Shown: piece after piece, positions 48,704 to 62,636 of the stretch
Layout of the letters: each line of letters starts with the position of its first letter
Numbering within the stretch: the first letter of the stretch is position 1
Assembly: GCA_026770705.1 (NCBI GenBank)
Contig: JANJGN010000016.1
Span: 112,158,001 to 112,222,000, forward strand
Direction of reading: 5' to 3'
From: Isurus oxyrinchus
Taxonomy: Eukaryota
Length of the DNA: 64,000 nucleotides
Made by a program: the position numbers and the translations under genes
The notes under the pieces: generated by a model
The model's database searches: none
Told to the model about the DNA's origin: nothing
The model's input: only the letters and a program-made list of their open reading frames with translations

Positions 48704-49509
48704 ACAGAATGACAGCATACAAACACAACATGAGGGGCCATCAAATGGAGCAAACAAAGTATTGCAGAATGGCATTACACCAATCTAAAGGGGAGAGAAT
48801 GACAACTCACAAAAATAAGTGGTATAATGTGGCTTTACCCCAATACAGGGGGCAAAAGGTATCAGCACAGAATCATAGGAAGGACAGAGAGAACAAACCA
48901 ATACACTTACACAAAGTGGCTGCACAGTACAGAACGCGGCACGATAATCTCACCAACTGTACAAAGATACAGTGGCACAGAGCAGCAAGCACACCAGTAC
49001 ACTGTGGTGCAGAGTGGCATTTCACTAATATTCAAAGTGAAAACTGACCATAGCGTCATATTCATTCAGGATTAAACTTCACTGATTCCAATCTTAAACT
49101 CCAGATGTGGCTCTGACACAAATTAAATTTGGTATTTCTTTGCAACATATTTTGATACAAAAAATACAAAAGGCCTGATAGAGACCTCAATTCCTGTGGT
49201 GAAACTATTATTTACTTTGCAGCAAACATTAAAGTACTATTCCAGTTATGCCCTGTACTGGGAGGTACACATATTTTCAAAATAAGTCTCTCTCTTATTT
49301 GTACATTTACTTAATCCACTTTCTTCTTTTTCAATGCCACAAGCCACCACAGGCAAAAATAGCAGTGACACGATCAGCTCTCAACTCTCACTGGAGCTGG
49401 TCTGAATCTGTCCCTGGGAAGTGTGGATCCCCAACAACTTTCCATGTGAGATTATGTCTAGCCTCTGGACATGACCTCCTGTGATGGTTTGGCTGAGGAG
49501 ACCAGGCAT

Positions 49510-52500
49510 CCACTTATATTCCTTGAAGAAGTTCTGTTCCTCTCTGCGACAAGATTTCCGTATCTCTCTGTTGCCTTGTTCACCTTCTTTGCTTTCCATT
49601 TCCCTCCTGGTGTTTGACAAGGTGTTTACTAAAACCCGCTTTCACAGCCATATCTCCTTTCTCAGTGACTGTCTCCGTCTCCGACTTACCCCACGTGGAT
49701 TTCAACTGAAATTCCACCCCTCATCTTTCGAACCCACCCAGGATGACCGGTATTTCCGGGACATAAAACGTTTCTCAGACTGCTGTTCCCGTCACATTCT
49801 GAAATCCACACTCAGTGCCATGCGCCGCCATATGAACACACTCGACCTCTCCCTCCAGCAGCACCGCCGTACCCTTTTTCAAAGCTGCGCGTGCCCCCAG
49901 TTTCATTTTATCCTTCGGCTCATCCGACGCCTCAACAAGAAACTTTTTCTCTTTCTCTCAACTGCTAAGGAACGCAAGCTCCAACAACTCATCGACACCA
50001 ACACCCATCTAGGACCCTCCACCCCGGCCTGTCCCTCCGTCCCCACCCCATCTTCCAATCCCAGCCCCAGCCGTGTATTCACTATACCCCCTGATCTTTC
50101 CCTCTCCGATGCTGAACGTTCAGCGCTCAGCAAAGGACTTAGTTTCATACCCTTATGCCCTCACCTCAATGAATTTCGGGCTCGGCATGATACTGAACTC
50201 TTCTTTCGCCGTCTTCGTCTTCGGGCTCACTTCTTTGGGCAGGAGTCCTCTCCCAGTTCAACTGATCCTTTTACCCATCTCCAATATTCTCCCTCCACCT
50301 GGACCCCTCCCTCTGGATTCTTACCTTCTCTTGATCTTTTCATTGAGAACTGTCGGCGCGACATTAGTCGTCTCAATTTCTCTGCTCCTCTCACCCATTC
50401 TAACCTGTCTCTCTCTGAACTTACTGCACTCCATTCTCTCAGGCCCAACCCTGACATTGTCATCAAACCCGCTGACAAGGGTGGTGCTGTTGTTGTCTGG
50501 CGCACTGACCTCTACCTTGCGGAGGCTGAGCGTCAACTCGCAGACACTTCCTCCTACCTCTCCCTGGACCATGACCCCACCACTGAACATCAAGCCATTG
50601 TTTCCAGGACTGTCACTGACCTCATCTCCTCTGGGGATCTCCCTCCCACAGCTTCCAACCTGATAGTCGCCCAACCTCGGACGGCCCGCTTCTATCTCCT
50701 ACCCAAAATCCACAAACAGAACTGCCCCGGTAGACCGATCGTCTCAGCTTGCTCCTGCCCCACAGAACTCATTTCTCGTTATCTTGACTCCCTTCTCTCT
50801 CCCCTTGTCCAGTCCCTTCCCACCTACATCCGTGATTCCTCTGACACCTTACGTCACATCAACAATTTCCAGTTCCGTGGCCCCAACCACTTCCTCTTCA
50901 CCATGGACGTCCAATCCCTCTACACCTCCATCCCCCACCAGGATGGTCTGAGGGCCCTTAGCTTCTTCCTCGAACAGAGGCCCGAACAATCCCCATCCAC
51001 CACTACTCTCCTCCGTCTGGCTTAACTTGTTCTCACGTTGAACAATTTCTCCTTCAACTCCTCTCACTTCCTCCAAATAAAAGGTGTGGCTATGGGTACC
51101 CGCATGGGCCCCAGCTATGCCTGTCTCTTTATGGGGTATGTGGAACATTCCTTGTTGCAGTCCTACTCCGGCCCCCTTTCACAACTTTTTCTCCGGTACA
51201 TCGATGATTACTTCGGTGCCGCTTCATGCTCTCGTCGGGACTTGGAAAAATTTATTAATTTTGCTTCCAGTCTCCACCCCTCCATCATTTTCACGTGGTC
51301 CATCTCTGACACTTCCCTTCCCTTCCTTGACCTCTCTGTCTCAATCTCTGGTGATAGACTGTCCACCAATATCCATTACAAACCCACCGACTCCCACAGC
51401 TACCTCGACTACAGCTCCTCACACCCCGCTTCCTGTAAGGACTCCATCCCATTCTCCCAGTTCCTTCGTCTTCGTCGCATCTGTTCCGATGATGCTACCT
51501 TCAAAAACGGTTCCTCTGACATGTCCTCCTTCTTCCTTAACCGAGGTTTTCCACCCACGGTTGTTGACAGGGCCCTCAACCGTGTCTGGCCCATCTCCCG
51601 CGCATCCGCCCTCATGCCTTCTCCTCCCTCCCAGAAACATGATAGGGTCCCCCTTGTCCTCACTTGTCACCCCACCAGCCTCCGCATTCAAAGGATCATC
51701 CTCCGCCATTTCCGCCAACTCCAGCATGATGCCACTACCAAACACATCTTCCCTTCACCCCCCTTATCGGCATTCCGTAGGGATCGCTCCCTCCGGGACA
51801 CCCTGGTCCACTCCTCCATCACCCCCTACTCCTCAACCCCCTCCTATGGCACCATCCCATGCCCACGCAAAAGATGTAACACCTGCCCCTTCACTTCCTC
51901 TCTCCTCACCGTCCAAGGGCCCAAACACTCCTTTCAAGTGAAGCAGCATTTCACTTGCATTTCCCCCAACTTAGTCTACTGCATTCGTTGCTCCCAATGT
52001 GGTCTCCTCTACATTGGAGAGACCAAACGTAAACTGGGCGACCGCTTTGCAGAACACCTGCGGTCTGTCCGCAAGAATGACCCAAACCTCCCTGTCGCTT
52101 GCCATTTTAACACTCCACCCTGCTCTCTTGCCCACATGTCTGTCCTTGGCTTGCTGCATTGTTCCAGTGAAGCCCAACGCAAACTGGAGGAACAACACCT
52201 CATCTTCCGACTAGGCACCTTACAGCCTTCCGGTCTGAATATTGAATTCAACAACTTTAGGTCGTGAGCTCCCTCCCCCATCCCCACCCCCTTTCTGTTT
52301 CCCCCTTTTTTTTTCCCCTTTTTTTCCCCCAATAAATTATATAGATTTTTCTTTTCCCACCTATTTCCATTATTTTTAAATATTTTAAAATCTTTTATGA
52401 TCCCTCCACCCCCACTAGAGCTGTACCTTGAGTGCCCTACCATCCATTCTTAATTAGCGCATTCGTTTAGATAATATCACCAACTTTAACTTTAACACCT

Positions 52501-52800
52501 ATGTGTTCTTTTGTACCATTGTCGCTGACATCTTTTGATGATCTGCTTCTATCACTGCTTGTTTGTCCACACAACCACCTCTCTCTCTCTCTATCTCTCC
52601 GTCCCCCCCACACACACACCTTAAACCAGCTTATATTTCAACTCTTTCTTGGACTCGAACTCAAGTTCTGTCGAAGGGTCATGAGGACTCGAAACGTCAA
52701 CTCTTTTCTTCTCCGCCGATGCTGCCAGACCTGCTGAGTTTTTCCAGGTAATTCTGTTTTTGTTTTGGATTTCCAGCATCCGCAGGTTTTTTTTTGTTTT
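49510..52800 (+). mobile_element. Near full-length Penelope-like retroelement (RT plus GIY-YIG) with one premature stop
   Basis: ORFs 49481-51025 and 51038-52267 are in the same frame, separated by TAA at 51023-51025; IKPADKG, PKIHK, MDVQSLYTSIP, RYIDD, VYCIRC-YIGET. Confidence 0.93.
52664..52702 (+). ncRNA. Minimal hammerhead-like motif with core variant CUGUCGA
   Basis: AGTT-CTGTCGA-A-GGGTC-atgag-GACTC-GAAAC-GTC-AACT. Confidence 0.6.
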
Positions 52801-54429
52801 TATCACTTATATGGTGTGATGGATAATGGATTCACATCCTAATGCTCTCGTAGAGAGCAATGAGCAATGGTGCTGATGCCGTGCTGCTATACCATGAGTC
52901 TTCTACTCTGCACTGATGTAAAATGCACAATTAGAAGCAATACATCCCATTTTCTCCTCCCTGCACTGCAAAACTTCTGTGGGGGAAGTTGTCTGTCTCT
53001 GCTGCAATTGTTTTGGTGGCTTATGCTGCAGGGGGTGTGTGAACTTTGTTTTCTTTTGTTACACTCTAGGTGTGGCTTCTTTTGCTATTGTCTTGGTCAT
53101 GACACAGGATACCAGTATTCATCCAAGCATTTGCATATTTTATTCTGCACAATGGAATAAACAGTGAATCACGACAAGACATAATTGAAAAACAGTTATA
53201 TCTTTAGGGGTGTGGATTACATGTGCATATTGCTTCACTGTTATCCTAACAAAGGTACGATAAAGAGCATAATATGCCAGTATCAGTTTCTATAGATTCT
53301 AAAAGTTATTACATGCAGATTACTGAATAAGGAAGTAGCATCTATAGATGCATGAATAAAATATGCAATTTAGATGAAAAGAGCAGTGGTTTAAATGTGA
53401 AGCCCACTTCAGAGATCCTATATATCTAGAGAGCTTTTGGGAAGGACTCACATAAAAAGCTACAGAGATGATTTCCATGTTTAATTTCTTAGTAATATTC
53501 AAAATTGGGAAAAAATCTTTAAGTTATATCATCTTCAAATAGTGTTAGGATGTTTCTGGTACAGACCGTTGACTGTTTGAAAGATATTACTGTGCTTTCA
53601 GTCTCACTCAGCTGCAATCTTTTTTTACCATCTGCTATTTGATTATATGATTAATCAGCAGAAGCAAGTAAAGGTCAGTTGGAAATCTGACTGAAGAAAA
53701 ATGATAATCCCTAGTAATCCCTAGGGTATCACACAAGGAAAAGGGTGTAATGAAAGAAATTTGTAAATTACAGATTAGGAAGATCTGAGAAGTTCCAGAA
53801 CATCAGTAAGCAACACTGACTCTTCTGAGAAAAATAAGGGACTTGGTCTGTTTTAAAGTGATGTGCCTGTACGAGTGTAAAATTCCCCCAGTTGTGCTCT
53901 TTCTTCCTGCACAGTTCTCACTGGGATATGCACTTTCTGCTGCTGAGAGGACAAATGGAGGAATTCGCCCTGGGCATTTGGTAATACTGATCTTCAGCTG
54001 ACTGCCTGGAATATTGCAATAGCCCCATCATTGAGCTTTCCTTTGATATTCTTGCTCTCACTGCATCTGGTAAACTAAAACAGAATGTTCCTCCATCAAG
54101 CTAATCTGAATATGTTCCCAGTCCAGTGCAGCTTCATGTCAAAGAATCATAGAGGTCTACATCACAGATGTCATTTTGGCTATTTGCTAGAGCAACTCAA
54201 AACAAACCTATTGACCTTGTCTTTCTCCATGGCTCTGTATCTCCTTCTGCTCTAAATGTTTATTCCCTTTCCTCTTAAAAGATTTAATGATCTCTGCCTC
54301 AATCATTCCCTTGTGGCAAAGCATGTGTAAAGAAATGTCCCCTAACCTCTCTTCTCACTGAGTGACCATTTTAAATTTATGAATTTAAATTTTTAATTTT
54401 AATCTGCCGTCTTTACCCATCTAGCCTAT

Positions 54430-56770
54430 ATATGACAGTAATGTGGTTACTCTAACTTCCCTCCAAAATGGCCTAGCAAGCCACCCAGCTGCACCAAACT
54501 GCTACCGAAAAGTCGAATAAGAATAAAACCAAACGAATCACCTGGCAACAACCATGGCACTGGAAGTGACATAGGCACACCCTCCTCACTAGCATCTGGG
54601 GGGGGCTTGTGTCAAAACTGGGAGAGCCTCCCCACAGCTTAGTCAAGGAACAGCCATAACACCAGATCGTACCTGATAGCCATAGTCCCAGACTCCTCCA
54701 TCACCATTGCTGGGCATGTCCTATCCCACTGACAGGACAGACCCACTAGAGGTGGTAACAGAGTGGTACAATTGGGTGGCTTGCCAGGCCATTTCAGAGA
54801 AAGTTAGAGTCAACCACATTGCTGTCACATGAAGGCCAGACCAGGTAAAGATGGCAAATTTCTTTCCTTAAAGAACATTAGATGGATTTTCACGACAATC
54901 TGCTGGTTTCATAATCACCATCACTGAGACTAACTTTTTAAGTTGTGATTTATTAATTAATTGACTTGAAATTTCCCCTGTCTGCTGCGGTGGGATTTGA
55001 ACTCATGTCTCCAGGGCATTCGTCCAGGCCTCTGGATTACTAGGCCAATAACATTACCACTATGCTACTATCCCTGTTGAAAATTCTCTCAACTTTCCTA
55101 TCGTGTTGGTCAAAGGTGATGATGCCATCATATCCTTTCCTCCTTGCCCTTTCCTTGGTCTTTCTTCTTTGTGGCCCAGGTGAAGTCAGGGTCTCAATGG
55201 TACATTTATCATGGTATATTCCATTTTCTGGCACTGTTTCATGCCAGAGATAGAAACCTAGTTTTAAGGAAAGACTTCAGACTGGGAACTATTTTCACTC
55301 AAGCAAAGAAGGCTAAGAAGAGATTTAATAAAAGTTTATTTAAAGTTATCAAATGATTTAAAAGACTGAATAGAGAAAGTCTATTTTCACAGTCAGGAGG
55401 GAGTGGCTCTATCAGCCCTCAACATTGAGTCTGGGTTCCATGAAGTCTCTTGACATCAGATCAGACATGGACAAGGAAACCGCCTGCAGATTACCACCTC
55501 CCACTCTCCCTCTCAGCGCCACAAACACCCCCAACCTCAATGATTCCAATGCAAAAGACAAGGCTGAAGAATTTACAACCATCTTTAGCCAGAATTGCCA
55601 AGCAAATAACTCATCTCGGCTTCCATCCAAAGACCCCAGCATTGCAGATGCAAGTCTTCAGTCAATTCAATTCACTCCAAGTTATATCAATAAACAGTTG
55701 CAGGCTCTCGTTACGGCACAGGGTATGGGCCCTGACAGCAGCCTGGCTGTAGTGCTGATGAATTGTGCTCTAGGACGAGCTGCGCTCTAGCCAAGCTGTT
55801 CAGTGCACCTATAACACTGGCGTCTACCCAACATTATGGAAAATTAGCCCGTTATATCCTGTCCACAAAAATTGGACAGATTTAATCTGGCCAATCACTA
55901 GTCTACTCTCAATCGGTAAAATGATGGAAGGTATCATTGACAGTGCTATCAAGTGGCACCTAGTTAGCCATAACCTGCTCACCAATGCTCAGTTTGGATT
56001 CCAGACCTCATTACAGTCTTGGTCCTAACAAGGACGAAAGAGCTGAATTCCAAAGGTGAAGTGAGAGTCACTGCCCTTGACATCAAGGCAGCATTTAACT
56101 GAGTGTGGCATCAAGGAGCCCTATCAAAACTGGAGTCAATGGAAATCAGGGAAAACTCTCCACTGGGTGGAGTTTTACCTAGCACAAAGGAAAATGTTGT
56201 GGTTGTTGGAAGTCAATCATCTCAGTTCCAGGACATCACTGCAGGTGTCCCGCAGGGTGGTGTCTTAGACCCAACCAGGTTCAGTGGCTTCATCAATGAC
56301 GCTCCCTCCAACTTAAGGTCAGAAATAGGAATGTTTACTGATTGCAGTGTCCAATACCATTTGCAATTCCTCAGATTCCGAACCAATCTGTGTCTGCATG
56401 CTGCAAGGCCTGGGCAAATTTCAGGTTTGGGCCAATAAGTGGCAAGTAAGGTTTATGCCACATAATGCTAGGCAATGACCATCACCATTGCCAAACCCGC
56501 CACTTTCAACATCAGTGAGTTACCATTGACTAGAAACTTAACTGGACTAGCCATATAAATACTGTAGCTACAAGATAGGTCAGAGTTTTGGAATTCTCCT
56601 GACTCTCCAAAGACCATTTACAAGGCACAGTCAGGGGTGTGATGTAAATACTTGCCTGGAAGAGTGCAGCTCCAACAACACTTGTGAAGCTTGCCACCAT
56701 CCAGAACAAAGCAGCCTGCTTGATCAGCATCCTATTTACCACCTTAAACATTCACTCTCTCCACCACCGG
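54430..56770 (+). mobile_element. Degenerate CR1/L2-group LINE with a SINE inserted at ~54770-55070 (minus strand)
   Basis: AKDKAEEFTTIFSQNC, WHQGALSKLESM, AGVPQGGVLDP; same family as 13790-15232. Confidence 0.75.
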
Positions 56771-57025
56771 CTAAGACCTATTTAAATATGCCACAGTACC
56801 ACAAGAAATCAAAAGTCCTCACTTATGATAACTAGTCCCAAAATTTGCATTTGACGTTTCTGAGGTGTTACTTCCTGATGTTATATTTGCAGAAAGTTGC
56901 TCAATGCATTTTCACAAAATCAACCGTTATAAACTTAAACTATAAAATGTTTAACACACATTTCAATAATGAATACACTCTTCTAATTTATAAACAAATG
57001 AGTGTGAATAAAATTTTGACATACA

Positions 57026-57121
57026 TCATTCGATATTTGTAGGATCCCAGGACACATGCAGGCCATTATGCATTCCATTTAGAACTGCAACATCATCCTC
57101 CGTAAGAGAAAAATGCAATAC
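57026..57121 (-). CDS. Aldo-keto reductase proximal terminal coding exon (ZK1290.5-like C-terminus)
   Basis: cctcatAG|GTA acceptor, phase 0; VLHFSLTEDDVAVLNGMHNGLHVSWDPTNIE*. Confidence 0.85.
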   Translation of the reverse strand, partial: VLHFSLTEDDVAVLNGMHNGLHVSWDPTNIE

Positions 57122-57861
57122 CTATGAGGTATATATGGTGTAGACTTTCATTACTCCTTAAAGTTAGCAACTCAGTGGGGGAAAAAAACTATACGAAAAC
57201 ATCTGTTTATTTTATTAAAAATATTAATCTTTAATTGAGTTCAATAATTTTCATATAAGGTCATTAATGGATGTATTGATGTGGCTTATACTAAACACAG
57301 CCTCAAAATTATTTTGTTGCCATCAAATGGCAGACTTTCAAATGCAATTCAGATGATGTAGTAGTGTACTCTGTTGGAGGTCCACCACACTCAGAGGCAG
57401 GACCTAGCTTTGTGTCTGCTATTCCCAACACCAGTTCCTGATCTCGTGAGCCAGCCATCAGATGGAGGGAAATTCCAACATCAGCTCCTCACAGAGAATT
57501 GCTGGCTCATCCTAGCCTGCTCTCCTATGCCTACTCATGACTGAATCAAGAACAGATGCTAAGAGCAAGTCATGTGTCTCTCTGTGTAATGAAGAAATGT
57601 GATGGTATCGGTGTGACTTAAATAGATATACAGAAAAAAATCCTTTGGTTGTGCAGTAACATAGCTTTTGTGGTACTGAATCCTGATGCCCTTTTTGGTA
57701 CTATAACGGTGTGTCAATGATTCTGATTTGCTGTTGCTAACACTTTGCACCAGTAATTCTGTTACTGTACTGCACCAACATTCTGTGCCAATGATTCTGT
57801 TACTCATTCACACTAAAATTCTGCGGCAGTTTGCTGGTACTAACACTTTGTGCCAGTGAAT

Positions 57862-58530
57862 AGATAGGAACAGGAATAAGTTATTCAGACTCTTGAGTCT
57901 GATCTACCATTCAATTAGAACATGGATGACTGTGCCTAAACTCCATTTACCCGCTTTTGATTCAGATCCCTTGATCTCCTCACCTGATGAAAATACATTA
58001 ACAAACAGCCTTAAAAATTTCAATCAAACCAGCATCCACAGTCTTCTGGAGCAATGAGTTCCAGATGCTCTCTACCTTTATAAGGAAAATATGTTTCCTA
58101 ATTTCACTCCCAAATGGCCTAACTATCCTTACTGTTCTAGACTCCCCCGCCACTTTGCTACATCTACCCTATTGAATTCTATTATCATTTTAATCACCTC
58201 AATTAATTAATTCCCAAACCTTCTAAACTGGAAGGAATACAAGCCAGGTATATGCAACTTGTTCTTATAATTTGACCACTTAGGCCTCAGTACATTTCTG
58301 GTGAATCACTCTCTGTAGTCCGATCAAGGCCAATACATCCTTCCAGTGGTACGGTGCCCAAAACTGAACTCAATATTCCAGGTGAGGACTGACCAAAGCA
58401 CTAAACAACTGAAGTAAAATGTACTCACTTTTGAATTCCAATTCATCAGGATAAAAGCCAAAATTCTATTCGCCTTTTTGATTACTCTTTGTACCTGTAC
58501 ACTAACTTTTATTGATTTGTGTGATAGAAT
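57862..58530 (-). mobile_element. CR1 3' fragment
   Basis: QVQRVIKKANRILAFI; CR1 tail at ~57865. Confidence 0.75.
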
Positions 58531-58589
58531 TAGAGTAGGCAATAGTAAGTCATTAGATGCGGTCAGAATCAGAGGACAAGATAAAAAAA

Positions 58590-61500
58590 GCCTAAATCAG
58601 GGTTAGTGTGCATGTATGTGAATGCAGGGAGTATGGTTAATAAGATTAGTGCACCACAGGCATAGGTTGTCAAATGGAATTATGATATTATTGCTAATAC
58701 AGAAGGGCAGGACTGGTTGTTAAATATTCCAGGGAATAATGTGTTTAGTGGAGACAGGAAAAGAAGAAAAGAAGGGAGGTGGGCAGTGGCAGCATTGATT
58801 AAAGATGCATTACAGTACTGGAGAGAGAGGATGTTTCAGAGGGGTCAAGGACAGAATCTCCCTGGCGAGAGATACGGAATGAAAAAAGTGCCATAACATT
58901 GATTTGTGTAGTATATAGACCACCAACTATTGGAAGAGATGTAGAGAAACAGATTTGCAAATAAATTACAGAGAGGTACAAGAATTATAGAGTAATTATA
59001 ATGGGGGGCTTAAATTATCCAAATATAGACTGGAATAGGAATAGTGCAAAGGGACAACAGAGACGAGGAGTTCCTAGAATGGTTTCAACATAATTTTCTG
59101 CAGCAGTATTTTTCCTGTCCAACGAGAGGACAGGCACTGTTGGAAATGGTTCTGGGGAATGAGTTGGCCCAAGTGGATCAAATATCAGTGGGAGAGCATT
59201 TAGGCGACAGTGACCATTGTATCATAAGGTTTAGGCTGGCCATCGAGAAGGACAAGGAACAATCCAGAGCAGGGATAATGCCAACTTCGATGGAATGAGA
59301 ATGCATCTGGTCAAGTGAGTTGGAATCAAATGTTGGCAAAAAAAGGTGGTGGCTGAACAATGGGCCACCTTCAAAGAAGTTAGTTAAACATTGCAGACAA
59401 CGTAAGGCATATTCCCTTGAAGGGGAAAGGTGGGACAAAGAAATCCAGAGTGCCCTCAAGGACGAGTGAGATGGAGGTGAAGGTGTAAAAGAAGAGGGCA
59501 CATAAAACAGATGCCATGTAGAAAATACATTGGAGAATTAAGCTGAATACAGAAGGGCTAGAGGGGAAGTGAAGAAACTAATAACATAAACAAAGAGAGA
59601 GCATGAAAAGAGACTGGCAGCTAACATAAAAGGGAATTCCAAGGTCTTCTATAAGCATATAAATAATAAAAAGGTGGTAAAAGAAAGATAAAAAAGGGGA
59701 CTTGCACGTGGAAGCAGGAGAAATAGCGAAGGTGTAAACGAGTACTTTGCATCCTTCTTTACAAAGGAAGAAGATGCTACCCAGGCTGAGGCGAGACAGG
59801 AGGTAACTGGTAGACTAGAAGAATTTACAATTGAGAAGGAGGAGGTGTTAGAAAGGCTAGGTTTACTTAAGATAGGTAAGGTAGCAGGACTGGATGAAAT
59901 GCATCCAGAGTACTGAGGGAAGTGAGAGTGGAAATTGCAGTGATAATCTTCCAATCTTTCTTAGACACAGGGGTGGTGCCAGAAGATTGGAGAATTGTGA
60001 ATGTCACATCCTTGTTCAAAAAGAGGTGCAAGGATAAAGCTAGCAACTGCAGATCAGTCAGTCTGACTTCAGTGATAGGGAAACTTGTAGAAACTATAGT
60101 TCTGGACAAAATCAATAGTCACTTCAACAAGTGCAGGATAATTGAGGAAAGTCAGCATGGATTCATTAAAGGAAAATCATGTTTAACTAACTTGCTGGAG
60201 TTTTTTGAGGAGGTAACAGAGGTTGATAAAGGCAATGCTGTTGATGAGGTGTATATGGATTTTCAAAAGGCATTTGGTACAGTGCCCCACAACAGACTGA
60301 TGAGCAAAATTCTAGCTCATGGAATAAAAGGGAAAGTAGCCACTTGGATAAGAAATTGGCTGAATGACAGGAAACAGAGAGTCGTGATAAATGGTTGTTT
60401 TTCAGATTGAAGGAAGGTTTGTACTAGAGTTCCCCAGAAGTCAGTGTTGGAACCCTTGCTCTTCCTGATATATATTAATGACCTAGTCTGTGATGTTCAG
60501 GGCATGATTTCAAAGTGCGCAGATGATACGGAGATTGGAAACGTTGTCAACTGTGATGAGGATAGTCATGAACTTCAAAAGGACATGGACATGTCGGTGG
60601 ATTGGGCAGAAAAGTGGCAGATGAAGTTCCATACAGAGAAGTGTGAGGTGATTCATTTTGGCAGGAAGAATATGATGAGACAGTATAAAATAAAGGGAGA
60701 AACTCAAAACCAGGTGCAGGAACAGAAGGGCATCTGTATATATGCTATAGAAAATGGCAGGCTACGTTGAGAGAACAGTTAATAAAGCATATAGTATCTT
60801 AAGCTTTATTAATAGGGGCTGTTAGGGATGGGGAATGAATGATGGGACTTGCCAGTGACACCCACATCCATGAAAGAATAAAGAAAAATAAGTTGAGTAC
60901 AAGAGAAAGGAGCTTATGTTCAATTTGTCTAAGACACAAGTTAGGCCTCATCCGGAGTACTGCGTCCAGTTCTGGGCACCATACTTGAGAAAGGATATGA
61001 AGGCATTGGAGAGAGTACAAAGGAAATTCACAAGAATGATTCCTGGGATAAAGAACTGTAGTTATGAGGATAGATTGGAGAGGTTGGGATTGTTTTCCTT
61101 GGAGAAAAGAAGGCTGAGAGGAGACTTGATAGAGGTATTCAAGATCCTGCGGGGTATGGACAGGGTAAAAAGTGAGAAACTGTTCCCAATCAAGAAAGCA
61201 TCGAGAACTAGAGGGCAGTGATTCAAAATAATTGGCAAAAGGTGTAACAGCGACGTGAGGAAAGTTTCTTTTTAACCCAGAGGGTGGTTGGAGTCTGGAA
61301 CAAACTTCCTGAAAGGGTGGTGGAGAGAGGTTCGATCAAGGTATTCAAAAGGGAATTTGATTGCTATCTGAAAAGAGAGACTGTGCAAGGTTACGGGAAT
61401 AAGGCAGGGGAGTGGGATTAGGTAGAATGCTTTTTCAGAGAGCAAGTGTAGACTTGATGGACTAAATGGTCTCCTTCTGCACTGTAAAGTTTCTGTGATT
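58590..61500 (+). mobile_element. Long degenerate CR1 ORF2 (EN plus RT)
   Basis: [43 protein letters not shown]. Confidence 0.9.
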
Positions 61501-62106
61501 GTGTGTGCCTGGACACTCAAATTCCATCCCTCCTCGAAGGGCCCAATCTCTCCCCATAAGAAAATTCTATTGCTCACTGAGCACTAACATACTGGGTCAA
61601 TGATTCAGTGACTAGCAGGTACTAATCTCCTGTGACAATGATTCAGATTTGTTGGTGCTGTATCTTGTAACAGTAATTATCTGCTTTTCATTGTTTCTAT
61701 GATACAGTTCTAAAGCTATCTGCTAATAATTCTGTCACTTATTGACATGAACACTCTGCGCTAGTGACTGCTAATCATCAAAATTAATGCTCTTTCCCAT
61801 TGATTACGTAACTTGTTGCTCTAATAATACTCTTTGCCTGTGATTCTATGATAACCACAACTGTGCAAGTGATTCTGTGGCTCATTGATACTAATGCTAA
61901 GTCACTGAGTAATTACCCTATGTGCCATTGTTTTCATTCATAGCAAGGGTTCAGCAGGAGATACTGACTGTTAATGAGGCACTTTTTCTACAAGGATTGA
62001 GGAAAATTAGACTTTAGTTTGGGGAGTGGTGCAGAAGGACCTATTAAAGACAATCATGTGAAGTGATAATATTAAAAATATTAAATTTTATGAAAAAACA
62101 CCTTAC

Positions 62107-62166
62107 CTGACAGTTTTCCCAAATCCTTTCTTTCTTTGTAGACTTTGGAATGGTGACAACTCCATT
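62107..62166 (-). CDS. Aldo-keto reductase internal exon (NADPH-binding IPKS motif); the gene continues beyond the window end
   Basis: caAG|AATGGA...TGTCAG|GTAAGG; NGVVTIPKSTKKERIWENCQ, phase 0 at both ends. Confidence 0.9.
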
Positions 62167-62636
62167 CTTGGTTTTAAAAAAAGACAGTTAATCACAAAAG
62201 ATCAAAATAATATTTTATCCTGAGTGAAGAGTAATGAAAGAAATCATTTTGCTTCTCAGTCTCCTTACTTTGGTATCATTTAAAGAATAGTCTTTTCTTC
62301 AGCTAGTAGAAAGGAAAAGGCCTACTGATAGTGGACACTGATAGAATATTGTACATAAATGGCCATGATGTTTTGAGAGGTTAAAGTTATAAAAAAATAA
62401 AAGTTCTCAATATTTTTGTGAAGGAACAAAGATGTAGGGTGCTCTTTCTGTTTAATTCTCAGGTTATTACACTGCTAACAGCAGGCTTAGTACATTATAT
62501 ACAGTGGTGATATGCAGCAGGTTTAGTACATTATAAACATTATTTACATATAGCAGTGTTAATATATGATAAACATTAGTTACACACAGCAGGGTCAGTA
62601 GATTATATTCAGCAGTTATACTGGGGGAGACTCAGT

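Larger units (their letters stand above)
57700..61930. repeat. Degenerate minisatellite (57700-57860 and 61560-61930) split by CR1 insertions
   Basis: Recurring 'gtgccagtgattctg...cactaacact'-like units on both sides of the CR1 block. Confidence 0.5.

Noticed and set aside
48457-49047. 196-aa ORF
   Set aside because: It spans the Harbinger TIR into degenerate repetitive flank; a chimeric chance frame.
53890-53990. Plus-strand acceptor and donor pair suggesting a small exon
   Set aside because: The translation is unrecognisable and there are no partner exons on that strand.
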